A DNA stretch of 64,000 bases, from the NCBI GenBank assembly GCA_963717935.1, contig CAVQXP010000002.1:160001-224000 (forward strand). The letters run 5' to 3'. The translations under genes and the position numbers were made by a program. Below the pieces are notes generated by a model that saw only the letters and a program-made list of their open reading frames with translations, was not told the origin of the DNA and searched no databases. Origin of the DNA: Candidatus Eiseniibacteriota bacterium (GTDB lineage Bacteria; Eisenbacteria; RBG-16-71-46). Each line of letters begins with the position of its first letter. The first letter of the stretch is position 1. Below, in pieces: positions 9,260-18,352 of this stretch.

Positions 9260-10734
9260 GGCTCGCGACGGCGGTGCTCGTCACCTCGACGGCGCTGGCG
9301 CTGGCGTGGCCGGCGCGGGCCGCCACGTGGGGCGAGGTCTTCTCGAGCGTCCCCGACACGGTGGTCTTCCTCGGCGAGGACGGCTCGCTTCTGCGGGCGC
9401 CCTTCGGTCTCGCCACGCGCGAGACGCTCTGGCTGCCGGCGGGTGGTCAGCGCCTCGTGCGCATCCGCGTGAGCCCCGACGGGCGGCGCGTGGCGTGGCT
9501 GACACGCGCCCACGACCGCGACACCACGCGACTGTGGGTGGATGGGCCGGGGGGTGGCGTGCAGCGCATGCGTTACTTCGCGTTCCAGGCGCAGCGCTAC
9601 GGCCAGGTCCACTCGGAGGCCGCGATCCCCACAGCCGAGGACCGGAACTCGCAGGGTGGCCGGTTGATCCAGCCCGGGGCGCTCATGAGGCGCGCTGCGT
9701 CGAATACCCTCGAGTGGACGCCCGACAGTCGCGCGGTAGTCTTCGGCTACGACGATGGCATCGCCGCGGTGGCGGCCGACGGCGGCGATGGCTTCGTCGT
9801 GAGCAAGGCGTTCGCCGTGGGACTCGAGGCCCTCGATCCAGCGCCGATCTACCTGGTGGACGCGATCGTATTGCGCGATCGCCTCAAGTCCATGCCGCAG
9901 CAGGCGAGCGGGATGCACCCCTCCGAAGCACCCGCAACCCTGGAGAATGGCGTGCCGCTCTACACCACGCTGGAACTCGGGCACGTCGACGCCCTGGAGA
10001 GCCGTGTGGCCTACCCCGGCAGTTACCTGCTCTACCCTCTGGCCGGCCGCTGGCGCGTTTTCACCGCCGGGGGGCTTTCGTCGGCACGGTTGCGTGCGGT
10101 CAGCCCCGGCACGGTCTGGTGGGCGGTCGGGCCCGTCATCCATGCGATCCGGACGCACGATCCGAACCCCACGGTGGAAGTGCGGTCGCTGGGCACGGTG
10201 GCATGGCTGGGTTACGACGAAGGACACCGGGCGCTGGTGTGGGCTGCCGGCAGGGAGGTGTTCCGCAGGCCCGAGGATGGCGGGGACGCCTCCACGGTCC
10301 TGCGCACGGGCGCTCCCATCCGTGCGGCGTTCCGCTCACGGGCGGGTCACCGCGTGTGGTTCGTCACCGGAGACAGCCTGCTGGTCTGGCATCTCCGCGA
10401 CGATTCGGTACGGGGCATCGCGCTGGACGGTCTCAAACCCGCGGCCCTGTTCGAGACACCGTTGGGGATGGCGCTGGTCCAGACCGAGGGAGGCCGGCGT
10501 GCCCCGCCCGGACTTGCGCGCGCCGACTTCGCAGCCGGGCGCTGCGTGCCCCTCGAGGTGCCCCCCGTCAAGGGCGGGGTGTTCGTGGCCGCCCCGGGGA
10601 GCGCGCACCTGCTGCTCTTCGATCCCGCGCCGAAGCCTCCGGCCACGCTGCACGTCCTCGACGTGGCCACGGCGCGCTGGGAGGCCGTGGCGAATCCGGG
10701 CATCGTCGGCTGGGAGCCGCTCGAGCCGAGATAG
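9256..10734 (+). CDS. Secreted hypothetical protein, probable beta-propeller
   Basis: TTG start overlaps the upstream stop; signal peptide ending ARA; VSPDGRRVAW and WTPDSRAVVF (PD40/TolB-like) motifs. Confidence 0.7.
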   Translation: MRLATAVLVTSTALALAWPARAATWGEVFSSVPDTVVFLGEDGSLLRAPFGLATRETLWLPAGGQRLVRIRVSPDGRRVAWLTRAHDRDTTRLWVDGPGGGVQRMRYFAFQAQRYGQVHSEAAIPTAEDRNSQGGRLIQPGALMRRAASNTLEWTPDSRAVVFGYDDGIAAVAADGGDGFVVSKAFAVGLEALDPAPIYLVDAIVLRDRLKSMPQQASGMHPSEAPATLENGVPLYTTLELGHVDALESRVAYPGSYLLYPLAGRWRVFTAGGLSSARLRAVSPGTVWWAVGPVIHAIRTHDPNPTVEVRSLGTVAWLGYDEGHRALVWAAGREVFRRPEDGGDASTVLRTGAPIRAAFRSRAGHRVWFVTGDSLLVWHLRDDSVRGIALDGLKPAALFETPLGMALVQTEGGRRAPPGLARADFAAGRCVPLEVPPVKGGVFVAAPGSAHLLLFDPAPKPPATLHVLDVATARWEAVANPGIVGWEPLEPR

Positions 10735-10821
10735 CGGCGAGCGGGTGCCGCGGGGCCAGCGAACGCGCCGCGCCTGCCGGAGGGTCTTCCGGCTGGCGCG
10801 GCCCGGCTCGCAACCCCGCCG

Positions 10822-12417
10822 CTACCTCTTCTTCCCCTTCTGGCGCGGGGGAGGTCCCTTCTTCACCGCGTGGCCGGTCGGCTTCCCGCGCCGCTGTGCG
10901 GCCGCCCCCGCCTTCTTCGCCGCCGCACTCTTCTTCGCGGCGCCGGAGAGAGGTCTCTTCGCGCCGGCCGAGCGCTTTGCGTGGGACGACGGGCTCGGCT
11001 TGGGCGGTGAGAGCCAGGGTCTCCCGGGGGTCGCCGACGGCTTCTTCGGCGGAGACGGGGCGAGGGTGCGCAGCGGCGGCGCCGAGGGCGAGGAGAACGC
11101 GGGCCGCGATGGGATGGCAGGTGGGGGGGGCGCGGGGATCCGGGGGGGCGCGGGGACGCGCGCGCCGGCGCCGCCTGCGATGCGCGCCGCGGCCGACTGG
11201 AGCCCGCCCGCCGGCCGCTTGGGCCGCGTCCACTCGTCATCGTAGGAGAGCACCGGCTTGACCTCGCTGGGGCGCATCCCGTAGTCGAACGCGGGCAGGA
11301 ACGAGCGTTCGATCGTGCGGCCCAGCAGGCGCTCGATGCCGACCAGGTCCTTCTGTTCCTCGGTGCTCATGAGCGTGAACATGTTGCCGGGCGCGTCGGG
11401 CCGGCCGGGCCGGCCCAGCCGGTGGGCGTAGTCCTCGGGCGTCTGGGGCACGTCGTAGTTGACCACGTGCGACACGCCCGACAGATCGAGGCTCCGGCCC
11501 GCGCCGTCGCTCGCCACCAGGATCTGCGTGCGCCCGCGGCGCAGATCCTCGAGCGCCTGTTCGCGCTCCTGCTGGCTCGGGAAATCGTCCAGCACCGTGG
11601 CCACGTAACTGCGGCGGTGGAGCATGCGCGCCAGGCGGTCAGCCCCGTAGCGGCCGCGCGTGAACAGCACCAGGCTGCGCACCTCGCTGCCGCCCCACAA
11701 CTCGCGCTCGGCGAGCATGTGGTTGAGGAAATCGGGCTTGAGGTCGCGCGGCACCGGGTAGATGACCTGCCGGATCCCCGTGCCCGGACGGGGCGCGGGG
11801 GCGAGGTCCACGCGCACCGGCTCGATGAGCGCTTCCTTGGCGAGGCGATTCAGCTCGGGGGGCAGGCTCATCGTGAACATCAGGGTCTGGCGCGTCTCGG
11901 GCAGCAGCTTGAGCAGCCGGCGCAGTTCGGGGCCCATGCCCAGGCTCACCATACGGTCGGCTTCCTCGAGCACGAGCACCTCGATGTACTCGAAGTTGAC
12001 CGCCTTGCGGTCCTGCAGTTCGAGCAGCCGGGTCGGGGTCGCCACCAGGATGTCCACCTCCTGATGGCGCAGGACGCGCTCCTGGGCCGGCAGGGGGCCG
12101 CCGCTGAAGACCACGCCGACCTGGATGTCGGTGTAGCGGGCGTAGTCACGGCAGCGCGTCTCGACGTAGGCCGCCAGCTCCCGGGTCGGGACCAGGATGA
12201 GGCAGCGCAGTCGCGCGGAGGAATCGAGCAGACGCGCCAGGATCGGGATCAGGTAGGTGCCGGTCTTGCCCGAGCCGCTCGGGGCCACGCCGATGAGGTC
12301 ATTGCCCTGGAGGATGGTGGGGATGGCCTTGCTCTGGATGGCGGTTGGTTCGCTCAGGCCGGCGGCCCGGATGCCCTTGAGGATGGTCTGGGGCAACCCC
12401 AGTGATGCGAAGGTCAC
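10822..12417 (-). CDS. DEAD-box RNA helicase homolog with degenerate motifs and a Pro/Lys-rich tail
   Basis: FASLGL..PTAIQ Q motif, GSGKT, PTRELA and VVNYDVP; motif II reads EEAD; GTG start after GGAGG. Confidence 0.9.
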   Translation of the reverse strand: MTFASLGLPQTILKGIRAAGLSEPTAIQSKAIPTILQGNDLIGVAPSGSGKTGTYLIPILARLLDSSARLRCLILVPTRELAAYVETRCRDYARYTDIQVGVVFSGGPLPAQERVLRHQEVDILVATPTRLLELQDRKAVNFEYIEVLVLEEADRMVSLGMGPELRRLLKLLPETRQTLMFTMSLPPELNRLAKEALIEPVRVDLAPAPRPGTGIRQVIYPVPRDLKPDFLNHMLAERELWGGSEVRSLVLFTRGRYGADRLARMLHRRSYVATVLDDFPSQQEREQALEDLRRGRTQILVASDGAGRSLDLSGVSHVVNYDVPQTPEDYAHRLGRPGRPDAPGNMFTLMSTEEQKDLVGIERLLGRTIERSFLPAFDYGMRPSEVKPVLSYDDEWTRPKRPAGGLQSAAARIAGGAGARVPAPPRIPAPPPPAIPSRPAFSSPSAPPLRTLAPSPPKKPSATPGRPWLSPPKPSPSSHAKRSAGAKRPLSGAAKKSAAAKKAGAAAQRRGKPTGHAVKKGPPPRQKGKKR

Positions 12418-12594
12418 GAACCCTCCGTGAGTGGATGAGCCGAACCGCTGTTCGCGGCCGGGCCGATGCCGGGCGTCTCCTGCCCGGCTCCCTGGATGGG
12501 GCAACGTGGCACAGATTAGGGGGCAATGCCTTGCGGAGCAATGGATATTGCTGGGAGAAAGACAGGAACGTGAAAAGACTCGGCGATCGGCGGC

Positions 12595-13479
12595 TCAGCG
12601 GGCTTTGCGGGCGGAGGGTGCCCGTGGAGTCCGGGCCCCGCGGGGGCCGGACCCGCCGCCCTGGCAGGAGGGACAGTAGAAGGTGGAACGCTGTCCCTGC
12701 ACGATGCGGCGGACGGGAGTGCCGCACCGGCGGCAGGGCTCGTTCGCCCGGTCGTAGACCTGGAGCAACTCGCCGTACTGCCCCGGCTCGCCCCAGACCG
12801 TGCGGTAGGTGCTGAAGGTCGTGCCCATCCGCGCGATGGCCTCGGCGAGCACGGCCCGGATCTCGGTCGCCACCGCCTCCCACTCGCGCAGCGCGAGCCG
12901 CCCGGCATGGCGCCGCGGATCCAGTCCGGCCCGGTGCAGCACCTCGCTCGCGTAGATGTTGCCGAGTCCCGCGATGCGCCGCTGGTCCATGAGGAACGTC
13001 TTCACGGCCACCCGGGACCCGCGGGCCACGGCGCGCAGTCCCGCGCCCGTCGGTGGCGCGGCCACCGGGTCGGGGCCGAGCCGCGCGAGCGCGGGATCGC
13101 GCCCGAGGTCCGCAGTAGGCACGAGACGCAGCAGGCCGAAGCGCCTCACGTCCTGGAACCAGAGCCCGATGCCGTCGGTGAATCGGATGCGGGCGTGCAC
13201 GTGGGGCAGCGCCGGGCGCTCGCCCGGGCGCAGGACCAGCCAGCGCCCGCTCATGCCGAGGTGGGAGAGGAGCGTGAGGCCGCCCTCGAGCCCGAAGAGC
13301 AGGTACTTCGCCGTGCGCTCCACGCGCTCGAGGGTGCGCCCGCGCAGCAGGCGGGGCAGCGTGGCCGGGATGCGCTCGCGCAGCCTGTGCCCCGAGAGCG
13401 TGACGGAGCGGATCGTGCGCCCGCGCACGCTCTCGTCCAGCATGCGGCGCACCGTCTCGACCTCGGGCAGCTCGGGCAT
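12595..13479 (-). CDS. mutM: Formamidopyrimidine-DNA glycosylase
   Basis: MPELPEVE, HLGMSG and GLGNIYASE motifs; C4 zinc finger (CRRC...CPSC). Confidence 0.97.
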   Translation of the reverse strand: MPELPEVETVRRMLDESVRGRTIRSVTLSGHRLRERIPATLPRLLRGRTLERVERTAKYLLFGLEGGLTLLSHLGMSGRWLVLRPGERPALPHVHARIRFTDGIGLWFQDVRRFGLLRLVPTADLGRDPALARLGPDPVAAPPTGAGLRAVARGSRVAVKTFLMDQRRIAGLGNIYASEVLHRAGLDPRRHAGRLALREWEAVATEIRAVLAEAIARMGTTFSTYRTVWGEPGQYGELLQVYDRANEPCRRCGTPVRRIVQGQRSTFYCPSCQGGGSGPRGARTPRAPSARKAR

Positions 13480-13571
13480 GGCGCGACGGTAGGGGCGCGA
13501 GTGGGAGGGGCGCAAGCGGCGTGCGAATGGACCGGCTGCCCCAGTGTACGCCGTCAATTCACGGGTGCCGG

Positions 13572-13598
13572 TTGTCCACCGATCCTCCGCTAACTACA
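13572..13598 (+). repeat. Extra copy of the IS481 right end (direct repeat of 14261-14287)
   Basis: TTGTCCACCGATCCTCCGCTAACTACA vs TTGTCCACCGATCTTCCGCTAACTACA, one mismatch. Confidence 0.85.
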
Positions 13599-14287
13599 GC
13601 TCACCTGCGTCTGCTGCGTATGCACCGCGGCCGGATCACCGATCCTGAGCAGCACATCGAAGCGCCCCGGCCCGGCTTCCTGCTCTGCCAGGACACCTAC
13701 TTCGTCGGCACCATCAAGGGCGTGGGGCGGATCTACCAGCAAACCGTGGTCGACGCTCACTGCTCGCTGGCCTTCGCCAAACTCTACCTGTCGAAGGTGC
13801 CGATGACCGCGGTCGATGTGCTCAACGATCGCGTGCTGCCGTTCTACGACGAGCATGGCGTCGAGGTCGCGCACCTGCTCACCGACAATGGAAGGGAAAC
13901 CTGCGGGAAGCCGCTGTCGCACCCCTTCGAGCTCTTCCTGGCGATCAGCCGAATCGAGCACCGGCGCACCCAGGTGGGCTCGCCGGAGACCAATGGCTTC
14001 TGCGAGCGATTCCATCGGACGGTGAAGGAGGAGTTCTACGCCGTCACCTTCCGCAAGAAGGTCTACGAGAGCATGGACGAGCTGCAGCGGGACCTCGACG
14101 CCTATCTCGCGTTCTACAACCGCGAGCGCACTCACCAGGGCTACCGGACCCAGGGCAGGACGCCCCACCAGGCGTTCCTCGACGGCATCGAGGCGATGCG
14201 GAAGACGGAGGTGACACCCGAGGCCGCTTAGGCCAGAATCAGCCGCCACCGGGGCGCCGTTTGTCCACCGATCTTCCGCTAACTACA
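13599..14287 (+). mobile_element. IS481-family remnant: 5'-truncated DDE transposase (to 14231) plus right end
   Basis: QDTYFVGTIKGVGRIYQQT, LTDNG, TNGFCERFHRT and YNRERTHQG motifs; ends in ...ACA; no N-terminal HTH. Confidence 0.88.
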
Positions 14288-14300
14288 CATGAGGGCCGGG

Positions 14301-15306
14301 ATGAGCGCAACGTCCTTTTGGGTACAAGGGGAGCCGGCCACCTTCGCGACTTCGGGCGAGGCGTCTTGGAAGGAGCGGCTGCTCGAATGTGCTCCGCCTC
14401 CAGCGCTCGCCGGACGTGAGACAGGGATGGACTTGCGCTTTTCAGTTTCATCCCTCCGGCGGAACGGTCAGCCATTTGACGTCGACAACCTCTGCGACCC
14501 GGTGTTCGTCGTTGTCATCCGCAAGGCGGGTTGGTTCGGGGGTCGCAAGACGGGACTCTCCTGGTGGTCCGCGACCAAGCGCCTTGGCCAGCCACCTGGT
14601 TGCCAGATCGCTATCCACGTGACGCGGACCATATCTCTTCCCACGCAGAGCCCGTTCTTGGGACCAGCTCTATTCCGGGCCGATGCCCGAGAAGGCGACA
14701 TCTCTCGAACTTCCTCGCTGGGCGCTCGAACTTCGAGCCGCTCGGGCCGTCGACTGGATTCCCGAGAGCTGCTTTCTCTACCTCGGCTTCGCGGACCCGA
14801 AGGTGAACATCGGCGAGATCTCTACGGGTCGCGTCAAGGCAGTCGTCGACTGCCTGTACCCGTGGCTGGGTGGCACCGCGAAAGACCCGGAGGATTGGCG
14901 GGTAGAGACCCTCGTGGTCGAACGGGGGCTCGACAGTCTTCCACGGGGCACCCTCCATATTCGCCTGTGGGAGAAAGGTCGTATTCCTGCAACCCTCCCC
15001 GACGTGGCGCTCGTGTCAGCCAGTAGAAGCCGGAGTGCCCATGTGCCCATCATGTCCGGCCACGCGCAACCACCAGGAAGACTCGCCACGCAAAACCCTT
15101 GCCGTGAGGGCACTGCGATGTGGATTGTCTGTGAAGCTGCGCTCGCGCGGAAAAGCCTCGCGGAAGTGCGCGCCGACTTGGAACGTCACGCGACCGGCGC
15201 GGGCGCACGGCTCTTCGAGTACAAAAGTGACCTACGGAACGAGAAGAGGCTCGACATCCGGATCGAAGGCGACCGCATAGTGTGCTATGGCTCGCTCAAG
15301 CGATAG
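14301..15306 (+). CDS. Putative tandem RusA-like domain protein with a C-terminal extra domain (one frameshift near 14660)
   Basis: Domain 1 DVDNLCDPVFVVVIRKAGWF; domain 2 VKAVVDCL...EDWRVETLVVER...GTLHIRLWE; deleting one G at 14660-62 gives a 334-aa ORF. Confidence 0.55.
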
Positions 15307-15381
15307 AGGCTGCTGGCGGGGGACGAGTGGTCTGGCCGCGCGCTGCAGCGCCAGCGTTGGGCGGAAGATTGAACATCGCGC

Positions 15382-15897
15382 ATGGTGATTCTCAGAGCGA
15401 CGCGAAAGCTCGAAACACAGCTCTTGGGCTTCGGCACTACACCCGACGTGTCTGACACGGCGCTCGGCGATTGGTATGCCAACCGCCTGGTCGTGGACCG
15501 TCGGCCATTGCTGCTTCTGGTGAGTTCGGCGTCCCTGCTTTCCGTGGTGTCGCTCGCTAGGGACGTCCGTGGCTTGCCCGCACGCTTGCCCGCCATGGTG
15601 AGTCGAAGGCTCCGCGCCATGGGGTTAGCAGCGTCCCTCATTGAGGCGGAGTTGGCGGCAATGGACCCTGTCCAGGTCGGCCGGACGACCGATCGGTCTG
15701 TTCTCGGTAGCATGGTTGACTTCGCGAAGGCAATAGTGGCCTACCTTCCGCACGGAACTTGGGGGGAGCCGGACCTGCCCCGGGTTGAGGAGCTTCTTGC
15801 GCAGACCCCGTGTCGCGTGACCAGCCGCTTAGAGGACACGGTGTATCCGGACAGGAAGACCCGGGAGGTTCTTGCGGCCCGGTGGCGTACTGCTTAG
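15382..15897 (+). CDS. DUF6933-like hypothetical protein
   Basis: MVILRATRKL, ALGDWYAN..V.RR.LLLLV and RTTDRSVLGSMVDF motifs, recalled as typical of this family. Confidence 0.7.
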   Translation: MVILRATRKLETQLLGFGTTPDVSDTALGDWYANRLVVDRRPLLLLVSSASLLSVVSLARDVRGLPARLPAMVSRRLRAMGLAASLIEAELAAMDPVQVGRTTDRSVLGSMVDFAKAIVAYLPHGTWGEPDLPRVEELLAQTPCRVTSRLEDTVYPDRKTREVLAARWRTA

Positions 15898-16118
15898 CTT
15901 CCCGCCGCCGCGGACGCTCGCGGGCGCGGCGGGGAACTCTCCCCCCTTGTTGGACGCGGGAGTCTGACTCTTCCAGCAGCCGCCCGCGGCGCGACTCCCG
16001 CTCCCTGCACGTCCGTTCCCGGCGCCCTCGGCCCACCCGCCCTGTTCGTTGCACTGCGCTCGCGCTCCGTGGCATCCTGCGCTCGTCCACGATGGACCCT
16101 TCCCGCACGGGAGAGCGC

Positions 16119-17039
16119 ATGGAAGACCCTTCCCGCTTCGAGGAGTTCGCCCGCCTCGCCACCGAGCAGCGGAACCCGCGCACCCTCGACCTCGACACCC
16201 TCGACATCGCCGGCATCCTCGAGCGCATCTCGGCCGAGGATCGTACCGTGCCCGAGGCGGTGGCGAAGGAGATCCCGTACATCGCGCGTGCGGTCGAGCT
16301 GGTCGTGGCCTCGTTCCGCGCGGGCGGGCGGCTGTTCTACGTGGGCGCCGGCACGAGCGGGCGGCTGGGGGTGCTCGACGCCTCGGAGTGCCCTCCCACC
16401 TTCGGCTCGGACCCGGAGACGGTGCAGGGCGTGATCGCGGGCGGCTACGGGGCCCTGGTCCGCGCCATCGAAGGCGCCGAGGACCGCGCTGCCGAGGGTG
16501 AGCAGGCGATGCTCAAGTGCGGCGTGGGCCCGAAGGACACGGTCATCGGCCTGGCCGCGAGCCGGCGCACGCCCTTCGTGGTCGCGGCCCTCGCGCAGGC
16601 CCGGGCACTCGGGGCGCGCACGGCCTACATCACCTGCACCCCGCGCGCGGAGTTCGGGCTGGAGGTGGACGTGGCCGTCTGCCCCGAGGTCGGTCCCGAG
16701 GTGCTCATGGGCTCCACCCGCATGAAATCGGGAACGGCGCAGAAACTGGTGCTCAACATGATCACGACCGCCGCCTTCGTGCGCATGGGCAAGGTCTACG
16801 AGAACATGATGGTGGACCTGATGGCCACCAGCGAGAAGCTGGTGGAGCGCGGCCGGCGCACGGTCATGACCGTGACGGGCGCGGACCGCGCGACGGCCGC
16901 ACGCATCATCGAGGAGGCGGGCGGAAGCGTGAGGACCGCCATCGTGATGCTGAAGCTGGAGTGCACCCGCGCCGAGGCCGAGGCCCGGCTCGCGCGCGCG
17001 GGTGGGTTCGTCCGGGGTGCGCTGGGCGGGCCCCCGTGA
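16119..17039 (+). CDS. murQ: N-acetylmuramic acid 6-phosphate etherase
   Basis: TEQRNP, GAGTSGRLGVLDASECPPTF and GSTRMKSGTAQK motifs. Confidence 0.96.
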   Translation: MEDPSRFEEFARLATEQRNPRTLDLDTLDIAGILERISAEDRTVPEAVAKEIPYIARAVELVVASFRAGGRLFYVGAGTSGRLGVLDASECPPTFGSDPETVQGVIAGGYGALVRAIEGAEDRAAEGEQAMLKCGVGPKDTVIGLAASRRTPFVVAALAQARALGARTAYITCTPRAEFGLEVDVAVCPEVGPEVLMGSTRMKSGTAQKLVLNMITTAAFVRMGKVYENMMVDLMATSEKLVERGRRTVMTVTGADRATAARIIEEAGGSVRTAIVMLKLECTRAEAEARLARAGGFVRGALGGPP

Positions 17040-18275
17040 AGCGCCAGGTCTCCTGGTTGCGGTTCGCGCTCTTGGCCGCGGTGCTGGCCGCGCTCTCCTG
17101 CGCGCCGGCGCGCAAGCCGCCCCAGGTGCAGGAGATCGTCTTCTGGCAGTCCTGGCCCGTCGAGGCCGTGGGCCCGATCGTCGCGGATTTCGAGCGCGAG
17201 CGCCCCGGCCTGAAGGTCCGTCTCGAGCGGCTGGAGGGGCCGGCCGGGCGGGAGCGGATCCTCGCGGCGGCGGCGGCCGACTCGGTGCCCGACCTGTGCG
17301 CGATCGGCTCGGACTCGCTGCCCGCGGCTGCTCGCGGGCAACCGGCTCGCCGACTGGAGCGCGGGGGTCGCGGACCTGCGGTCGCAGCTGCGCGGCTGGG
17401 AGTTGTGCTCGGTCGGCGACGCCATCTACGGCGTGCCCTGGGTGCTCGACACCCGCGTGCTCTTCTGCAACTCGCGACTCCTCGCGCGTGCCCGGCTCGA
17501 TCCGGACCGGGGGCCGGAGACCTGGGACGAGCTCTACCGGGCCGCGGCCGCGGTCCAGCGGCTCGGGCGCGGCGTGCGCGGCTTCGGGCTGCCGGTCGGC
17601 GAGCCCGGGGCGCTCCGGGAGCAGTTGCTGCCGTTCCTGTTCGCGAACGACGGAAGCCTCCTCTCCGCGGACCTGAGGCGCGCCGTGTTCGACTCGGCCG
17701 CGAACGTCGAGGCGCTCGAGTTCCTGCTGCGCCTGCGCCGCGTCGGTGTGATGGGCACGCCGGACTCGATCGAGCGGGAGTTCCTGGCGGGCCGCCTCGG
17801 GTTCGTCCTGGCGGGCCCCCGATTGCTCGAGGCGCTCGGCCGGGGTGCGCCGGATCTGCAGTACCGCGCAGGCCTGGTGCCGCGCCCCCGGCGCGACACG
17901 CTCCCCGCCGCCTCCTGGGCGGACGGCGAGGTGCTGGTCTCGTTCAACGCCGCGAAGCGCAAGCACCTCGCACTCGATCTGGCGCGTTTCCTGGTCCAGC
18001 CGGAGAACGCGCTGCGCCTGGCCGCGGCGGTGAGGGGCGTCGTGCCGGTGACCGCCGGCGCGGACACGCTCGCCCGCTTCCGCGACCGCCCCGGGGATGC
18101 GATGCTGATGCGCCAGCTCGCGGGCGCGCGCTACGCCCCGAACCACCCGGCCTGGGGAGAGATGGAAGCCGCCATCGAGGACGAGGTGGAGCAGGCGCTC
18201 GACGGCCGCAAGAGCGCGGCCCAGGCGGTGAAGGACGCCCAGACGAAGCTGGCGGCGCTCGTGGGGAAGCGGTGA
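17036..18275 (+). CDS. ABC sugar-binding lipoprotein (solute-binding family 1), frameshift near 17322
   Basis: GTGA overlap with murQ; lipobox LAALSC; IVFWQSW, YGVPW.LDTRVLFCN and PETWDEL motifs; extra C in CCCG. Confidence 0.82.
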
Positions 18276-18352
18276 GCCCGGCCTGTCCTTGCCGGTCGGA
18301 TTCCCTGATCCCCAGCGACAGACCCGATCAAGCCTCATCGGGGAGCGGAGAG

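Noticed and set aside
16095..16136. GACCCTTCCCGC repeated around the murQ start
   Set aside because: A 12-bp repeat giving two possible starts (16092 and 16119); too short to support a function
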